A stretch of DNA of 59,882 nt, the filler included. It is 7 parts of 7 records of this genome, joined end to end, with 100 filler letters (N's around TTAATTAATTAA, not from the genome) between each part and the next. Parts side by side here need not be neighbours in the genome. Positions count along the whole stretch, not along the records: positions 14,149 to 23,845 come from SRR31156797_20841; positions 23,946 to 29,306 come from SRR31156797_20846; 5 more parts are not named here. One strand, 5' to 3'. The translations under genes and the position numbers were made by a program. Positions 18,799 to 28,922 of the stretch are shown here, one piece after another (within the stretch, counting starts at the first letter, position 1; every line of letters starts with the position of its first letter). The notes beneath the pieces were generated by a model. The model was given only the letters and a program-made list of their open reading frames with translations, was not told the DNA's origin and did not search any database.

Positions 18799-20397
18799 TT
18801 AGTTGTTGTCCTCTGTCTTGTTAGGTATTTTATAGTATGCTGATGGACTTAGTCCTACATGTTTTTTGAACAATCTGGAGAAATAATTTGGATCCTGATA
18901 ACCGCACATAAAGCATATTTCTTTGATTGTATGATCACCTTTTTCTATAAGCTCCTTAGCGTTTTCGATTCGTTTCTTCGTCAGATGTTCTATAAAATTC
19001 TCTCCCATCTGGTCTTTGTAGAGCCTGCAGAAATACTGAGGACTAATGCTTAATTCTCTTGAAATATCGTCTAGAGTCAGTTCATTGTTATATCTTTCAT
19101 CGATTATCCTATTTGCCTTGTCTACAATATAGGAGATTTTCTTCTGTTTTGCATTTTTTATTTTATCAGCAATATATTTAACCTTAGATATCAGCATAGA
19201 AGAGAATTCATCACTGTTTCTGCAGTTTAGTATCCTGTTTATATAATTTGAGTATTCTAAGTATTTATCATTTTCAATACCGTTCTCTATAGCTATCCTG
19301 TGAGCTACTACCATTATTTCTACTAATCGATTCCTAACACTTATTGTATCATAAAATAAGGGATATCTAGAAAATATATCATTTAAAACACGTACACAAC
19401 TGACATCGTCACCTTTCTGAATCAAATCTATCAGCTTTTGTTCATCTGCAAAGATATCAATATTGGCGACACTTGTATTAATAGTAACATCCTGAATATG
19501 TACTACTTCATCCTCTGAATTATTTAATGCTTTAAGTGCATCCTGATATGATAATAGTATCTGATCATCTTTTTGAGTGGTACCAATACCTACTCTTATA
19601 CTAGTGCCAAACCTTTTTTTTAATTCCTGTACAATGCTATACACCGTGTCAATTATTCTTACTCGCTGTTCATATTCATCTGTTGCTTGCTGTGCAATAT
19701 ATACGACAACCCTATCCAGCATCAAAGGACCTACAATACAATTGTATTTCCTCTTTAGAGCGCTTTTAAATCTATTATATAGCTCCTGATAGGTAACAGA
19801 ATCGTTCAGATAGCTTTCCTCGCACTGATCATTGCTGCATGCTTTAAGCACCATCACATAACCCTGGTCTTCAGTTATATCGAATATTTCCTTGTATTTA
19901 GCGATACTGATATTTACACTTCTAGACATCAAGATAGAGTAGATACAGCTATATTCGACTACTTCCTGCATCTTTTCTATCTTTTCTTTTATTTTTATTT
20001 CACTATCATACCGCTGTCTTTCAGCATCTAATTCCATTGTTATTTTTTGCAGTAAATTTATCAGCTGATCTTTGTTGACAGGCTTTGTCAAATAATCCCT
20101 AACTCCCAATTCTACGGCCGTCTGCGCAAATTCGAAATATTCGAATGCTGATACGATTACAAAAACTATATTGCTATAGAGGCTTTTAATCTCCTTAACA
20201 GCGTCCAGACCATTTATTCCCGGCATCTTAATATCCATCATCACAATATCAGGTCTATCTATACGCGCCTTCTCTATAGCTTCTCTTCCACTTCTGGCTG
20301 TATTAACAACAGTAATATTATCAATTTGTCTATCGACTATATACTTAACCGACTCTATCGCCAGCTGTTCATCGTCAACAACCATTAGTTTATACAT
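18799..20397 (-). CDS. YesN-type REC-AraC response regulator
   Basis: N-terminal REC (VVDDE, MDIKMPG) and C-terminal AraC HTH (GYQDPNYFSRLFKK). Confidence 0.93.
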   Translation of the reverse strand: MYKLMVVDDEQLAIESVKYIVDRQIDNITVVNTARSGREAIEKARIDRPDIVMMDIKMPGINGLDAVKEIKSLYSNIVFVIVSAFEYFEFAQTAVELGVRDYLTKPVNKDQLINLLQKITMELDAERQRYDSEIKIKEKIEKMQEVVEYSCIYSILMSRSVNISIAKYKEIFDITEDQGYVMVLKACSNDQCEESYLNDSVTYQELYNRFKSALKRKYNCIVGPLMLDRVVVYIAQQATDEYEQRVRIIDTVYSIVQELKKRFGTSIRVGIGTTQKDDQILLSYQDALKALNNSEDEVVHIQDVTINTSVANIDIFADEQKLIDLIQKGDDVSCVRVLNDIFSRYPLFYDTISVRNRLVEIMVVAHRIAIENGIENDKYLEYSNYINRILNCRNSDEFSSMLISKVKYIADKIKNAKQKKISYIVDKANRIIDERYNNELTLDDISRELSISPQYFCRLYKDQMGENFIEHLTKKRIENAKELIEKGDHTIKEICFMCGYQDPNYFSRLFKKHVGLSPSAYYKIPNKTEDNN

Positions 20398-21946
20398 CTT
20401 TATCCATTTCCTTATTCCTTAGATTAATTCTCTGTTTAGGTATCTTCAGAGTAATATTTGTACCGATATCTATCTTGCTGTCAATATCCATTACATCCAT
20501 TATGCCAAAAAACAATCGAAGTCTTTTTACAACATTATATATACCAATTCCGGTTGTATGCCCTGATTTAGAACCGCCTTTGTTATTGTCTTTCTCAAGA
20601 CTTAGCGCAGTTTCTTCATCCATTCCTACACCATTATCATTTATGGATATATATACTATATCATTGTCCTGCTTCAGAGATATTTTGATAACTCCTTTAT
20701 CTTCCATCTCTCCAATACCATGTATTGTAGCATTTTCAACAAATGGCTGAATAGTCAGAGGTGGTATTTCAAAATCCTTTACATCTTCATCAATATCATA
20801 TATAAAGTTTATTCTGTCGCCAAAACGGACAATGAACATATTGCCGTATGCCCGAACCATCTCCAGTTCTTCGGATATCTTTACTACCCTGTCAAGGCTC
20901 TGCACATTGTATCGGAACATCTTAGCAACATCATCAAGAAATACACTTGTTCTGTCAGCTCCCTCTATCATAGCAAGCTGTACACCTGCATTTAGAGTGT
21001 TGAACAAAAAGTGCGGGTTTATCTGCATCTGCAGTGCTTTTAGCTCTGCAACATCCAATAGAGACTGAATCTCTAAGTTTCTGATCCTCTGTTCATACAA
21101 TTGAGTTTCTGTATCAGCTTTATCTTTCATTTCGATGATATATTCTTTTATGCTGTGCTTCATTGTGTTGAAGGCATTTGCCATAACCTTCATTTCATCA
21201 TCACTGTGAACCCTTACATCTTCTGCATCAAAGTTACCATTTGCTATTTCTTCTGCTGAATGTGCCAGCTTTACAATAGGTGTAGTAAGATTATATGTGA
21301 TAAATATTATTACTAGAAGGTTTAATCCGAAAGCTGATATGATTAGGATTATGTTCATTATCTGCAGATAGCTTAGATCCCTTGTCATCCCAAGATACTG
21401 AGTAATATTAAAATCAAGATAATCCAGATTCAGCTTATCAGCATAGGTATTCATATATCCATAAATTTTTCTGGCTTCTGCATATCTTGCAGTTATTTCA
21501 TCACCATCATTTGTCCGCCGAGCTTCTGTAGCAGCATCAGCTTCTTCAAAATATGAATCTACCATATACAATATATCTTTGTACAGTAAGTCTCCCTGAG
21601 TGTACACACCTGACGATGTATCAAACATAGTATTAGCTGTTTCTTGGAAAGTTTCTTTTTTCTTATAATAGCTAAGCACAGAATCTGAATCATCAGTTAC
21701 CAGATAATTAACCAAGTCATGATCCATATTTTCAAGTTGGTTTTTAAATTCCTCAATCTTTACATTAGCACTAAAGAGTTCATCGATTTTTGTAATCAGA
21801 TTATCAGAAGTTCTCAAAACAAATACAGAAGTAATGGTAGTCAGAAGCGTTGTTACCAAAAAGAGCATCGCCATCTTACCTCTTACTGAACTTATTGCCT
21901 TTCTTAACTTTTCCTTGATAAGCGTTCTCATTCTACTTATCCTCAT
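20390..21946 (-). CDS. LytS/YesM-type sensor histidine kinase with HAMP domain
   Basis: 2 TM, HAMP, ALQMQINPHFLFNTL, QPFVENATIHG, DNGVGM, GIGIYNV. Confidence 0.93.
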   Translation of the reverse strand: MRISRMRTLIKEKLRKAISSVRGKMAMLFLVTTLLTTITSVFVLRTSDNLITKIDELFSANVKIEEFKNQLENMDHDLVNYLVTDDSDSVLSYYKKKETFQETANTMFDTSSGVYTQGDLLYKDILYMVDSYFEEADAATEARRTNDGDEITARYAEARKIYGYMNTYADKLNLDYLDFNITQYLGMTRDLSYLQIMNIILIISAFGLNLLVIIFITYNLTTPIVKLAHSAEEIANGNFDAEDVRVHSDDEMKVMANAFNTMKHSIKEYIIEMKDKADTETQLYEQRIRNLEIQSLLDVAELKALQMQINPHFLFNTLNAGVQLAMIEGADRTSVFLDDVAKMFRYNVQSLDRVVKISEELEMVRAYGNMFIVRFGDRINFIYDIDEDVKDFEIPPLTIQPFVENATIHGIGEMEDKGVIKISLKQDNDIVYISINDNGVGMDEETALSLEKDNNKGGSKSGHTTGIGIYNVVKRLRLFFGIMDVMDIDSKIDIGTNITLKIPKQRINLRNKEMDKDV

Positions 21947-22952
21947 ATGTTGAAATATTAACCGAAGTGTATATGTCGATGTCGATGTCGATATAGTTTG
22001 GCTGAACGTGCTGATAATTATATGAGCTTGTTAGAAGTTCTACACTTTTGATTCCGGCTTCATATCCGTTTCTGTCAATAGTACCGTAGACTATGCCCTT
22101 CTGAACATAATTAATAATAGAATCAGTAACACCTGTTCCGATTACAAAAACCTTGCCCACTAGGTTCCTCTCGATAATAACTCGGGCTGCAGCCTCAGTA
22201 TCCTTCTCATTTGTGCAGAATATTGCATTAACATCCGATTTTTCAGACAGCATTCTGCGAATATTCTCCTCCGAACTTAAGATAGCAGTATCTCTCTTCA
22301 TAACTACTTCAACATCTATATTTTCTTCTATTTCAGTTACGCTCTTTATACCGCTCATTAGTATATCATTCTGACTCGTTGCAACCTTATCGCTGCTGCC
22401 GTCGTCTGATAAAAATACACCTATAGAAACTTTATTGCCTGCTTCAATGGATAATTGATTCATCAGCTTCGCTACCTGCACACCATATTCATAATAATTT
22501 GTGCCAACATATGAAAACACATTAGATGTAGTAGTTTCCTGCCCTACGACAACTACATTCATACCTGCATTCATTGCTTTATTTATAGCCTCATCCTGAC
22601 TAATGGTATTAACCCCTACAACAATTACACCATCTATCTGAGATATTGTTGCAATCTCCAAAAGTTCAATTGTGTCAGCTGATATATCATTGTTATCAAT
22701 AAGGTTTAGTTCAATTGCTGAATGCTTTGCCTTTGCTGTTTCATATGCACCTTCTTTGAATTCCTGCCAATACATATCATTATCATCTGGTACAATAAGA
22801 GAGAAGTGATAATGTGGAGCATTATTAAAAACATATGTATTCTCTCGCTCGTAAACATCATTAACTTTATCAAAATAATACAGCGATCCCGCTAAAGATA
22901 TTACCAATGCTATTATGAATACTACTAATAATATCTTATACACCCAGTTCAT
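21933..22952 (-). CDS. Membrane-anchored sugar-binding sensor accessory protein (XylFII-like)
   Basis: Uncleaved N-terminal TM plus periplasmic binding protein type I fold (YWQEFKEGA, VGTNYYEYG); overlaps the kinase start. Confidence 0.75.
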   Translation of the reverse strand: MNWVYKILLVVFIIALVISLAGSLYYFDKVNDVYERENTYVFNNAPHYHFSLIVPDDNDMYWQEFKEGAYETAKAKHSAIELNLIDNNDISADTIELLEIATISQIDGVIVVGVNTISQDEAINKAMNAGMNVVVVGQETTTSNVFSYVGTNYYEYGVQVAKLMNQLSIEAGNKVSIGVFLSDDGSSDKVATSQNDILMSGIKSVTEIEENIDVEVVMKRDTAILSSEENIRRMLSEKSDVNAIFCTNEKDTEAAARVIIERNLVGKVFVIGTGVTDSIINYVQKGIVYGTIDRNGYEAGIKSVELLTSSYNYQHVQPNYIDIDIDIYTSVNISTYEDK

Positions 22953-22980
22953 CTTGCCTCCAACGTATCCTTTAAGAATA

Positions 22981-23550
22981 CTAATTCTGTATTTCTTGTT
23001 CTATCTGTACAGCATTATCTTCAACATCAATAGTTGACCTGAAAATCTTAAACATTATACTGTCATATACAAACTCTTCATAGAATTCTTTCTTAAAGAA
23101 AGTATCAAATACATCTTCATTATATTCTTCCTTTAATTCTACCATACTCATACTTGGTCCGAATCCCAAGCCTATATCATAAGTTGACAGAGACTGCATA
23201 AATAGTTTTTCGCTGTAATTATCTTTATCAATTTTTGCAATATAAACCCTCTTTGACATTTTAGGTGTCTTTTTACGGAACATTGATGTCATTACACCAA
23301 AAATCTTCTTTTCTGTTTCCTTGATTTTAAAGGAAACATATTCTATGGATAATTCATCAAGCATAGCAGATATCCTGATTTCTCCAGGCTTAACACAAGT
23401 ATTTGTATCTATAAAAAGATATACATCCTTATCAGTCTGCTCCAAAAGTTTGTACTGCATTTTATATCTAAAACTAAATATCTCCTTAATTCTGCTGTAA
23501 TCAACCATTATAGTACTGTCAGTACTGTGTTGTTTTATCCTAAGTTTCAT
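22981..23550 (-). CDS. Hypothetical protein
   Basis: 189-aa ORF with RBS (AAAGGTG), co-oriented with neighbours; no family recognised. Confidence 0.65.
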   Translation of the reverse strand: MKLRIKQHSTDSTIMVDYSRIKEIFSFRYKMQYKLLEQTDKDVYLFIDTNTCVKPGEIRISAMLDELSIEYVSFKIKETEKKIFGVMTSMFRKKTPKMSKRVYIAKIDKDNYSEKLFMQSLSTYDIGLGFGPSMSMVELKEEYNEDVFDTFFKKEFYEEFVYDSIMFKIFRSTIDVEDNAVQIEQEIQN

Positions 23551-23673
23551 ATTTTCACCTTTCTGTTTACGATTTTCTTCTTCTTGTATATTATTTGCTT
23601 TCTATAAGAATTAATAATACACTAACAAAATGAAAATTTCCACCTAAGGTATATATTCTAAGCCAAAATATTA

Positions 23674-23699
23674 TAAGGCATCACAAAAGCGATGCCTTA
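23674..23699 (-). terminator. Hairpin after sugar ABC permease
   Basis: TAAGGCATC-N8-GATGCCTTA inverted repeat just downstream of the permease stop. Confidence 0.6.
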
Positions 23700-23715
23700 A
23701 TCAATAACATAAACA

Positions 23716-23844
23716 CTATTTTATTGAAGACTTAGATTTGGAGTATACATCAAATGCGACTGCTGCCAGCAGTACCAAACCCTTTGTAATGTCCTGCCAG
23801 AATGGATCTAGACCAATAATTGACATACCATTATTTAGAATACC
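23716..23844 (-). CDS. C-terminal end of sugar ABC permease (GguB/XylH type), 5'-truncated
   Basis: Manual translation GILNNGMSIIGLDPFWQDITKGLVLLAAVAFDVYSKSKSSIK*; not in the ORF track. Confidence 0.85.
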   Translation of the reverse strand, partial: GILNNGMSIIGLDPFWQDITKGLVLLAAVAFDVYSKSKSSIK

Positions 23845-23845
23845 C

Positions 23846-23945
23846 NNNNNNNNNNNNNNNNNNNNNNNNNNNNNNNNNNNNNNNNNNNNTTAATTAATTA
23901 ANNNNNNNNNNNNNNNNNNNNNNNNNNNNNNNNNNNNNNNNNNNN
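23846..23945. other. Artificial contig-joining spacer
   Basis: 44 N + TTAATTAATTAA + 44 N. Confidence 0.98.
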
Positions 23946-23946
23946 A

Positions 23947-23988
23947 GAAGAGCAAAGTATAGGAATGTTAGCAAAGAGTTTAAAATAA
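23947..23988 (+). CDS. Last codons of an upstream MotA/TolQ/ExbB (TtpC-like) gene
   Basis: EEQSIGMLAKSLK*, resembling the EEQS.G C-terminus of TtpC-type proteins; directly before exbB. Confidence 0.55.
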   Translation, partial: EEQSIGMLAKSLK

Positions 23989-23989
23989 T

Positions 23990-24511
23990 ATGATTGATAT
24001 ATTTTTTGATAACCTTTTTGCTTTCTTTGAAAAAGGTGGGGATGTACTTTATGTAGTATTTTTTATTGCTATATTTTTATGGACCCTTCTTTTAGATAGA
24101 TATGTTTATCTATTTATTGGATATAAAAAATATAAAAAAGAACTACTAAACACTATAAGAAATGAAGCCTTTGAAGACAAATATAAAACTTCTATAAAAG
24201 GTTATTTAGTAGAAGAGTCAAAACAAAAATTAAATTTTGGTTTGAGTTTTATCAAGACCTTGATTATTGTTTGCCCATTAGTAGGTTTACTTGGAACTGT
24301 TACAGGAATGATTGAAGTATTCGATGTAATGGCAATCCAAGGAACTAGTGATGTTAAATCTATGGCAAATGGTGTATCAATGGCAACTATACCAACAATG
24401 GCTGGAATGGTTATAGCTTTAAGTGGAATTTTATTTGAAAAGAAACTTGAGCTGTCAATTAAGTACCAGACAGAAAAACTATATATTGATATATCAAAGG
24501 TTTTAAAATGA
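23990..24511 (+). CDS. exbB: ExbB (MotA/TolQ/ExbB proton channel)
   Basis: CPLVGLLGTVTGMIEVF...GVSMATIPTMAGM. Confidence 0.92.
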   Translation: MIDIFFDNLFAFFEKGGDVLYVVFFIAIFLWTLLLDRYVYLFIGYKKYKKELLNTIRNEAFEDKYKTSIKGYLVEESKQKLNFGLSFIKTLIIVCPLVGLLGTVTGMIEVFDVMAIQGTSDVKSMANGVSMATIPTMAGMVIALSGILFEKKLELSIKYQTEKLYIDISKVLK

Positions 24512-24912
24512 GAAGATTTTCTAACAAAATAAATAAAGAAGAAACAGAAATAAACCTTACACCAATGCTAGATGTTGTTTTTATTATGCTTATATTTTTT
24601 ATTGTAACAACATCTTTTGTAAAAGAAGCTGGTATTGATGTAAACAGACCAAGTGCAGCAACTACTCAACAAAAATCAAAAGCAAATATTCTGATTGCTA
24701 TTAGAAATAACAACGAGATTTGGATTGATAAGAGAATGGTTGATTTAAGAGCAGTAAGAGCTAATATCGAAAGACTAAAAGCTTCAAATTCTCAAAATAG
24801 TATTGTAATCCAATCAGACAAAGATGCTAAAACAGGTATCTTAGTTAAAGTTATGGACCAAGTAAGACTTGCTGGAATTACTAATATTTCAATATCAACA
24901 TTAAAGAATTAA
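24508..24912 (+). CDS. exbD: ExbD biopolymer transport protein
   Basis: EINLTPMLDVVFIMLIFFIVTTSF. Confidence 0.95.
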   Translation: MRRFSNKINKEETEINLTPMLDVVFIMLIFFIVTTSFVKEAGIDVNRPSAATTQQKSKANILIAIRNNNEIWIDKRMVDLRAVRANIERLKASNSQNSIVIQSDKDAKTGILVKVMDQVRLAGITNISISTLKN

Positions 24913-24913
24913 A

Positions 24914-25525
24914 ATGAGACTTTTTTACTCGTTCTTAGCCTCAATATTTATTGCAACAGGTATATTTTTTGGTATGCAACAAATGGTTACTTCTGATGCA
25001 AATTTAAATACAAACAAAGATAAACCAATTGTCCTTAACTATTTAAGAGATGAAAAGAAAACAGAAGTTAAAAAGAATAAGAGAATTAAACCAAAAGAAC
25101 CTGTAAAGAAAATTGAGCCAAAAAAACTTGACATTGTAAAAACTAAAATGACAAAAATTGACAAACAAGTAAAAATCAAACCTTTATCTGTTACAAGAAA
25201 TATTGATATCTCTGCAATATCTTCACTAAATGGAGCTCAAATTGCAGTAAATGCAGGTTTATTTGATGCAAATAACTTACAAACTATTACAAGAATAAAC
25301 CCACACTATCCAAGAAAAGCGAAAATAAGAAGAAAAGAAGGATATGTGCAATTACAATTTCACATAACAAAAGAGGGAAAAGTATTAAGACCTGTAGTAG
25401 TTAAAGCTGAGCCGGTAGGATACTTTGAAGAGGCTGCACTAAAAGCTATCAAAAAATGGAGATTTAAACCTACTGATAGTGAAAAAGATGCAACAATTAC
25501 ATTTAATTTTAGGTTGGCAAGATGA
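24914..25525 (+). CDS. tonB: TonB (TonB2-like)
   Basis: N-terminal TM, Lys/Pro-rich linker, TonB_C (PHYPRKA...EGYVQLQF...FEEAALKAIKKWRF). Confidence 0.9.
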   Translation: MRLFYSFLASIFIATGIFFGMQQMVTSDANLNTNKDKPIVLNYLRDEKKTEVKKNKRIKPKEPVKKIEPKKLDIVKTKMTKIDKQVKIKPLSVTRNIDISAISSLNGAQIAVNAGLFDANNLQTITRINPHYPRKAKIRRKEGYVQLQFHITKEGKVLRPVVVKAEPVGYFEEAALKAIKKWRFKPTDSEKDATITFNFRLAR

Positions 25526-26697
25526 AAAAACTAGTATTGATTCTATTTTTGGTTATAAGTACAGTTGCAATAGCAAAAAACTCTAACTCTATGTCAAAGA
25601 AAACATATGATGTTTTGATGAAGAGTCAAAAGTTAATTGAAGAAGATAAACTAAAAGGTGCAAAGAATCTTCTTCTTCCATTGTTAGAAGGAAATGTAAA
25701 TCCTTATGAAAAGTCTTATATATTACAGACATTAGCAAATATTGAAATTAGTAATAACAATTATGACAAAACTGCGAAATATTATAAAGAGATTATAAAA
25801 ATTAACAGTTTTGAGCCTAAAAGTATTGACAGAATAAAATTTTCTCTTTCAAAAATATACTTATCTTTAAATAAATATAATGAATCAATTAAATTATCAA
25901 AAGAGCTTTTATCTTCTGAATTTATATCAAAAACTGATATTTATGAAACTTTAACATATGCTTCATATTATAAACAAGACTTTAAAAGTAGCATCTCTTA
26001 CATCCAAAGTTTATTACAAACAACAAAAGAGAGAAAAGAGAACTGGTACCAAATACTTTATTCTTCGTATGTGGAATTAAAGAATTACAAAAGTGCAATT
26101 TCTACTCTAAATATTATGGTAAAAAAATGGCATAAAAATGAAACTTATTGGCTTCAACTAATTGCTCTTTACCAAGAAACAAACAACCTGAAAAAAGCAT
26201 TATCAACATTTGAACTAGCATACAAAAAAGGTGGAGTAGATCCAAAGAAAAACACTCTGCACTTTGTTAATATTCTAATCCAAAATGATTTATATTTTAA
26301 AGCAGCAACTCAACTTGAAATGGCTTTAAATAAAGGTTATATCAAAGATACAGATAAAAACTTCAAACTTCTTGTTTCTTGTTTTGATTATGCAAAACAA
26401 CAATCAAAAGTAAAAGAAGTTTTAACAAACTCTAAATTTGCCAAAACTGCTAAATACCAACTTCTTCTTGGAAACATCTATTACAACGAACAAAATTATG
26501 AAAAAAGTATTAAAACTTTAGAACAAGCAAGAATCAAAAGAGGTACAAAAGAGGATGGACAAAGAAATACTATTTTAGCTTTAAGTTATTATGAACTAAA
26601 CAATAAAAAACAAACTCATAAGTACCTTCAAAAAGCTATTAATAATCCACATGAAAAAAGAAGAGCTTTAAGTATCAAAAAAAGCCTTCATATTTAA
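25522..26697 (+). CDS. Periplasmic TPR protein (TtpD-like)
   Basis: Signal peptide, TPR helices, YWLQLIALY motif; positioned directly after tonB. Confidence 0.75.
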   Translation: MKKLVLILFLVISTVAIAKNSNSMSKKTYDVLMKSQKLIEEDKLKGAKNLLLPLLEGNVNPYEKSYILQTLANIEISNNNYDKTAKYYKEIIKINSFEPKSIDRIKFSLSKIYLSLNKYNESIKLSKELLSSEFISKTDIYETLTYASYYKQDFKSSISYIQSLLQTTKERKENWYQILYSSYVELKNYKSAISTLNIMVKKWHKNETYWLQLIALYQETNNLKKALSTFELAYKKGGVDPKKNTLHFVNILIQNDLYFKAATQLEMALNKGYIKDTDKNFKLLVSCFDYAKQQSKVKEVLTNSKFAKTAKYQLLLGNIYYNEQNYEKSIKTLEQARIKRGTKEDGQRNTILALSYYELNNKKQTHKYLQKAINNPHEKRRALSIKKSLHI

Positions 26698-26709
26698 AAA
26701 AGGAATTAT

Positions 26710-27501
26710 ATGAATAAATTATTATCAGCAATAACATTATCAGCAACATTATCAATTAATGCATTTGCACACTTTCAATTAGTATATACACCACAAACTG
26801 CTCTTACAAATGGTAAGAAAATTGAATTAAGAGAAGTTTTTACTCACCCATTTACAGATGAATACACAATGGATATGGCAGGAGTTGAAGAGTTTTTTGT
26901 AGTAAACAGAGGAAAGAAAAAAGATTTACTAAAAACTTTAGAACCAATTACATTCAAAGGAAATAAAGACTCAGGAAAAGCTTTTAAATCAAAATATAGA
27001 GCTGCTAGAATGGGTGACCATATGTTTGTTTTAGTTCCAAAACCTTATTATGACAAAATTTCAGATGAATACATTCAACAATACACAAAAACAGTTGTAA
27101 ATGTTGTTGGAGTTCCAAGTGATTGGGATGCAGATTTAAAACTTGATGCAGAGATTGTTGCTTTAACAAAACCTTATGCAATCTGGACAGGAAGCAACTT
27201 TACAGGAATAGTAAAACAAAATGGAAAACCTGTACCTTATGCAAAAATCTATGTTGAATACCTAAATAGAGATGTTAATATAAAAGACAATAAAATGGGA
27301 CCTTCAAAAGTTGAAGCACCACAAGGAAGTTTTTTATCTTTAGAGATTAAAGCTAATAAAGATGGAGAGTTCACATTCTCTATTCCTAAATCAGGATGGT
27401 GGGGATTTTGTGCAAAAGATGTAGGACCTAAAAAAGAGTATCAAGGTAAAAAAATAACTCAGGATGCTGTTATCTGGGTTCAAGCTACAGATATGAAATA
27501 A
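26710..27501 (+). CDS. DUF4198 periplasmic protein (metal-uptake associated)
   Basis: AFA|HFQLVYTP (N-terminal His after cleavage), FTHPF, GKPVPYA.I.VEY, GWWGF, QDAVIWV. Confidence 0.85.
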   Translation: MNKLLSAITLSATLSINAFAHFQLVYTPQTALTNGKKIELREVFTHPFTDEYTMDMAGVEEFFVVNRGKKKDLLKTLEPITFKGNKDSGKAFKSKYRAARMGDHMFVLVPKPYYDKISDEYIQQYTKTVVNVVGVPSDWDADLKLDAEIVALTKPYAIWTGSNFTGIVKQNGKPVPYAKIYVEYLNRDVNIKDNKMGPSKVEAPQGSFLSLEIKANKDGEFTFSIPKSGWWGFCAKDVGPKKEYQGKKITQDAVIWVQATDMK

Positions 27502-27526
27502 AAATAATAAATATATTTAAATATCA

Positions 27527-27569
27527 CTTTCATAACAATTTGATATAATCTTATATCAAGTTATGAAAG
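27527..27569. promoter_or_regulatory. Long inverted repeat covering an extended -10 and the RBS of the TAXI gene
   Basis: CTTTCATAAC/GTTATGAAAG and TTGATATA/TATATCAA arms; TGATATAAT at 27541-27549. Confidence 0.55.
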
Positions 27570-27575
27570 GTAAAA

Positions 27576-28874
27576 ATGAAAAAGCTTTTTTTTGTAGTTC
27601 TTCCTATTGTTGCAACTATTTTCTTCACATTTTATATTACAATTCAATTTATACAACCTTCACCTAAAAAAGAGTTTACGATTGCTGCTGGTTCAAAAAA
27701 TGGCAATTATTATAAAACAGCCTTAGAATATAAAAAACTTTTAGAACAAGACAATGTAAAAGTTAATATTTTAACTAGCGCTGGTTCTATTGAAAACATA
27801 AAGTTATTAAAAGAGAACAAAGCTGATGTTGCTTTTATTCAAAATGGGACTATTGAAGATACAAAAGAAAACCATAATATAAAAGCATTAGCTTCATTAT
27901 ATTATGAACCTTTATGGGTTTTTTATAAAAATGAAGGTTTCACAGTAGATTATCTAATTCAATTTATATCAAAAAAAATTGCTGTTGGAAAAGATGGAAG
28001 TGGAACTAAAGATTTAGCAACAAAAATATTAACAGATAATGGTATCGACAAAAGCAATTCAAGTTTTCTAAACTTAGATGCAAATAGTGCAAAAAAAGCT
28101 TTGGAATCTGGTAAAGCAGATGTAATTTTTATTGTCTCTTCACACAATTCACAAGTTGTAAAAGAACTACTTGCAAATCCAAAAGTCAATCTTTTCAGTT
28201 TTAAAAGAGCACGAGCATATAGTAGAAAATATACTTTTTTAGAAGCTCTAACTTTATATGAAGGAACTTTGGATTTATATAGAAATCTTCCAGATGAAAA
28301 CAAAAACCTTCTTTCAACTACTGCAAATCTTGTATCAAGAAATGATTTTTCAGACGAACTAAAAAGAATATTACTAAAAAAAGCAGATATTGTTCATAAC
28401 AAAAAAGACCTCTTTGCAAAAGCTAAACAGTTTCCAAATACATATAATATGAAACTTGAAGTTGATGAAGAAGCACAAAGATATTTCAAATATGGAGACA
28501 CTTGGCTTGAAAAAATATTTCCCTATTGGATAGCTTCAAATATCGATAGATTAAAGATATTGATTATTCCTTTATTAACTCTACTTATTCCTTTATTTAA
28601 AGGAGTTTTCCCTTTATACAATTGGACAATGAGATCTAAAATATATAAGTGGTATGATGAGCTAAGAGAGATTGACAACGAGATTGATTATGCAAAAAAA
28701 CAACAGCTTGATGAATATATTACTAGAATTGAAAAACTAAGAGATGAAATAAGCAAAGAAACAAAAGTTCCACTTTCATATATGGGAGAATACTATAATC
28801 TTCAGCTTCACCTAGATCATATAAAAAACAAACTTGAAGCGATTAACAATAAAACCCACTTAAAAAGCTATTAG
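27576..28874 (+). CDS. TAXI family TRAP solute-binding protein with C-terminal TM extension
   Basis: IAAGSKNGNYY, TSAGSIENI, SLYYEPLW, GSGT; C-terminal TM (IIPLLTLLIPL) and helical tail. Confidence 0.85.
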   Translation: MKKLFFVVLPIVATIFFTFYITIQFIQPSPKKEFTIAAGSKNGNYYKTALEYKKLLEQDNVKVNILTSAGSIENIKLLKENKADVAFIQNGTIEDTKENHNIKALASLYYEPLWVFYKNEGFTVDYLIQFISKKIAVGKDGSGTKDLATKILTDNGIDKSNSSFLNLDANSAKKALESGKADVIFIVSSHNSQVVKELLANPKVNLFSFKRARAYSRKYTFLEALTLYEGTLDLYRNLPDENKNLLSTTANLVSRNDFSDELKRILLKKADIVHNKKDLFAKAKQFPNTYNMKLEVDEEAQRYFKYGDTWLEKIFPYWIASNIDRLKILIIPLLTLLIPLFKGVFPLYNWTMRSKIYKWYDELREIDNEIDYAKKQQLDEYITRIEKLRDEISKETKVPLSYMGEYYNLQLHLDHIKNKLEAINNKTHLKSY

Positions 28875-28922
28875 TGATAGTTTAGTTATAATATTGCGAA
28901 AATAAAAAAAAGGAATACTATT

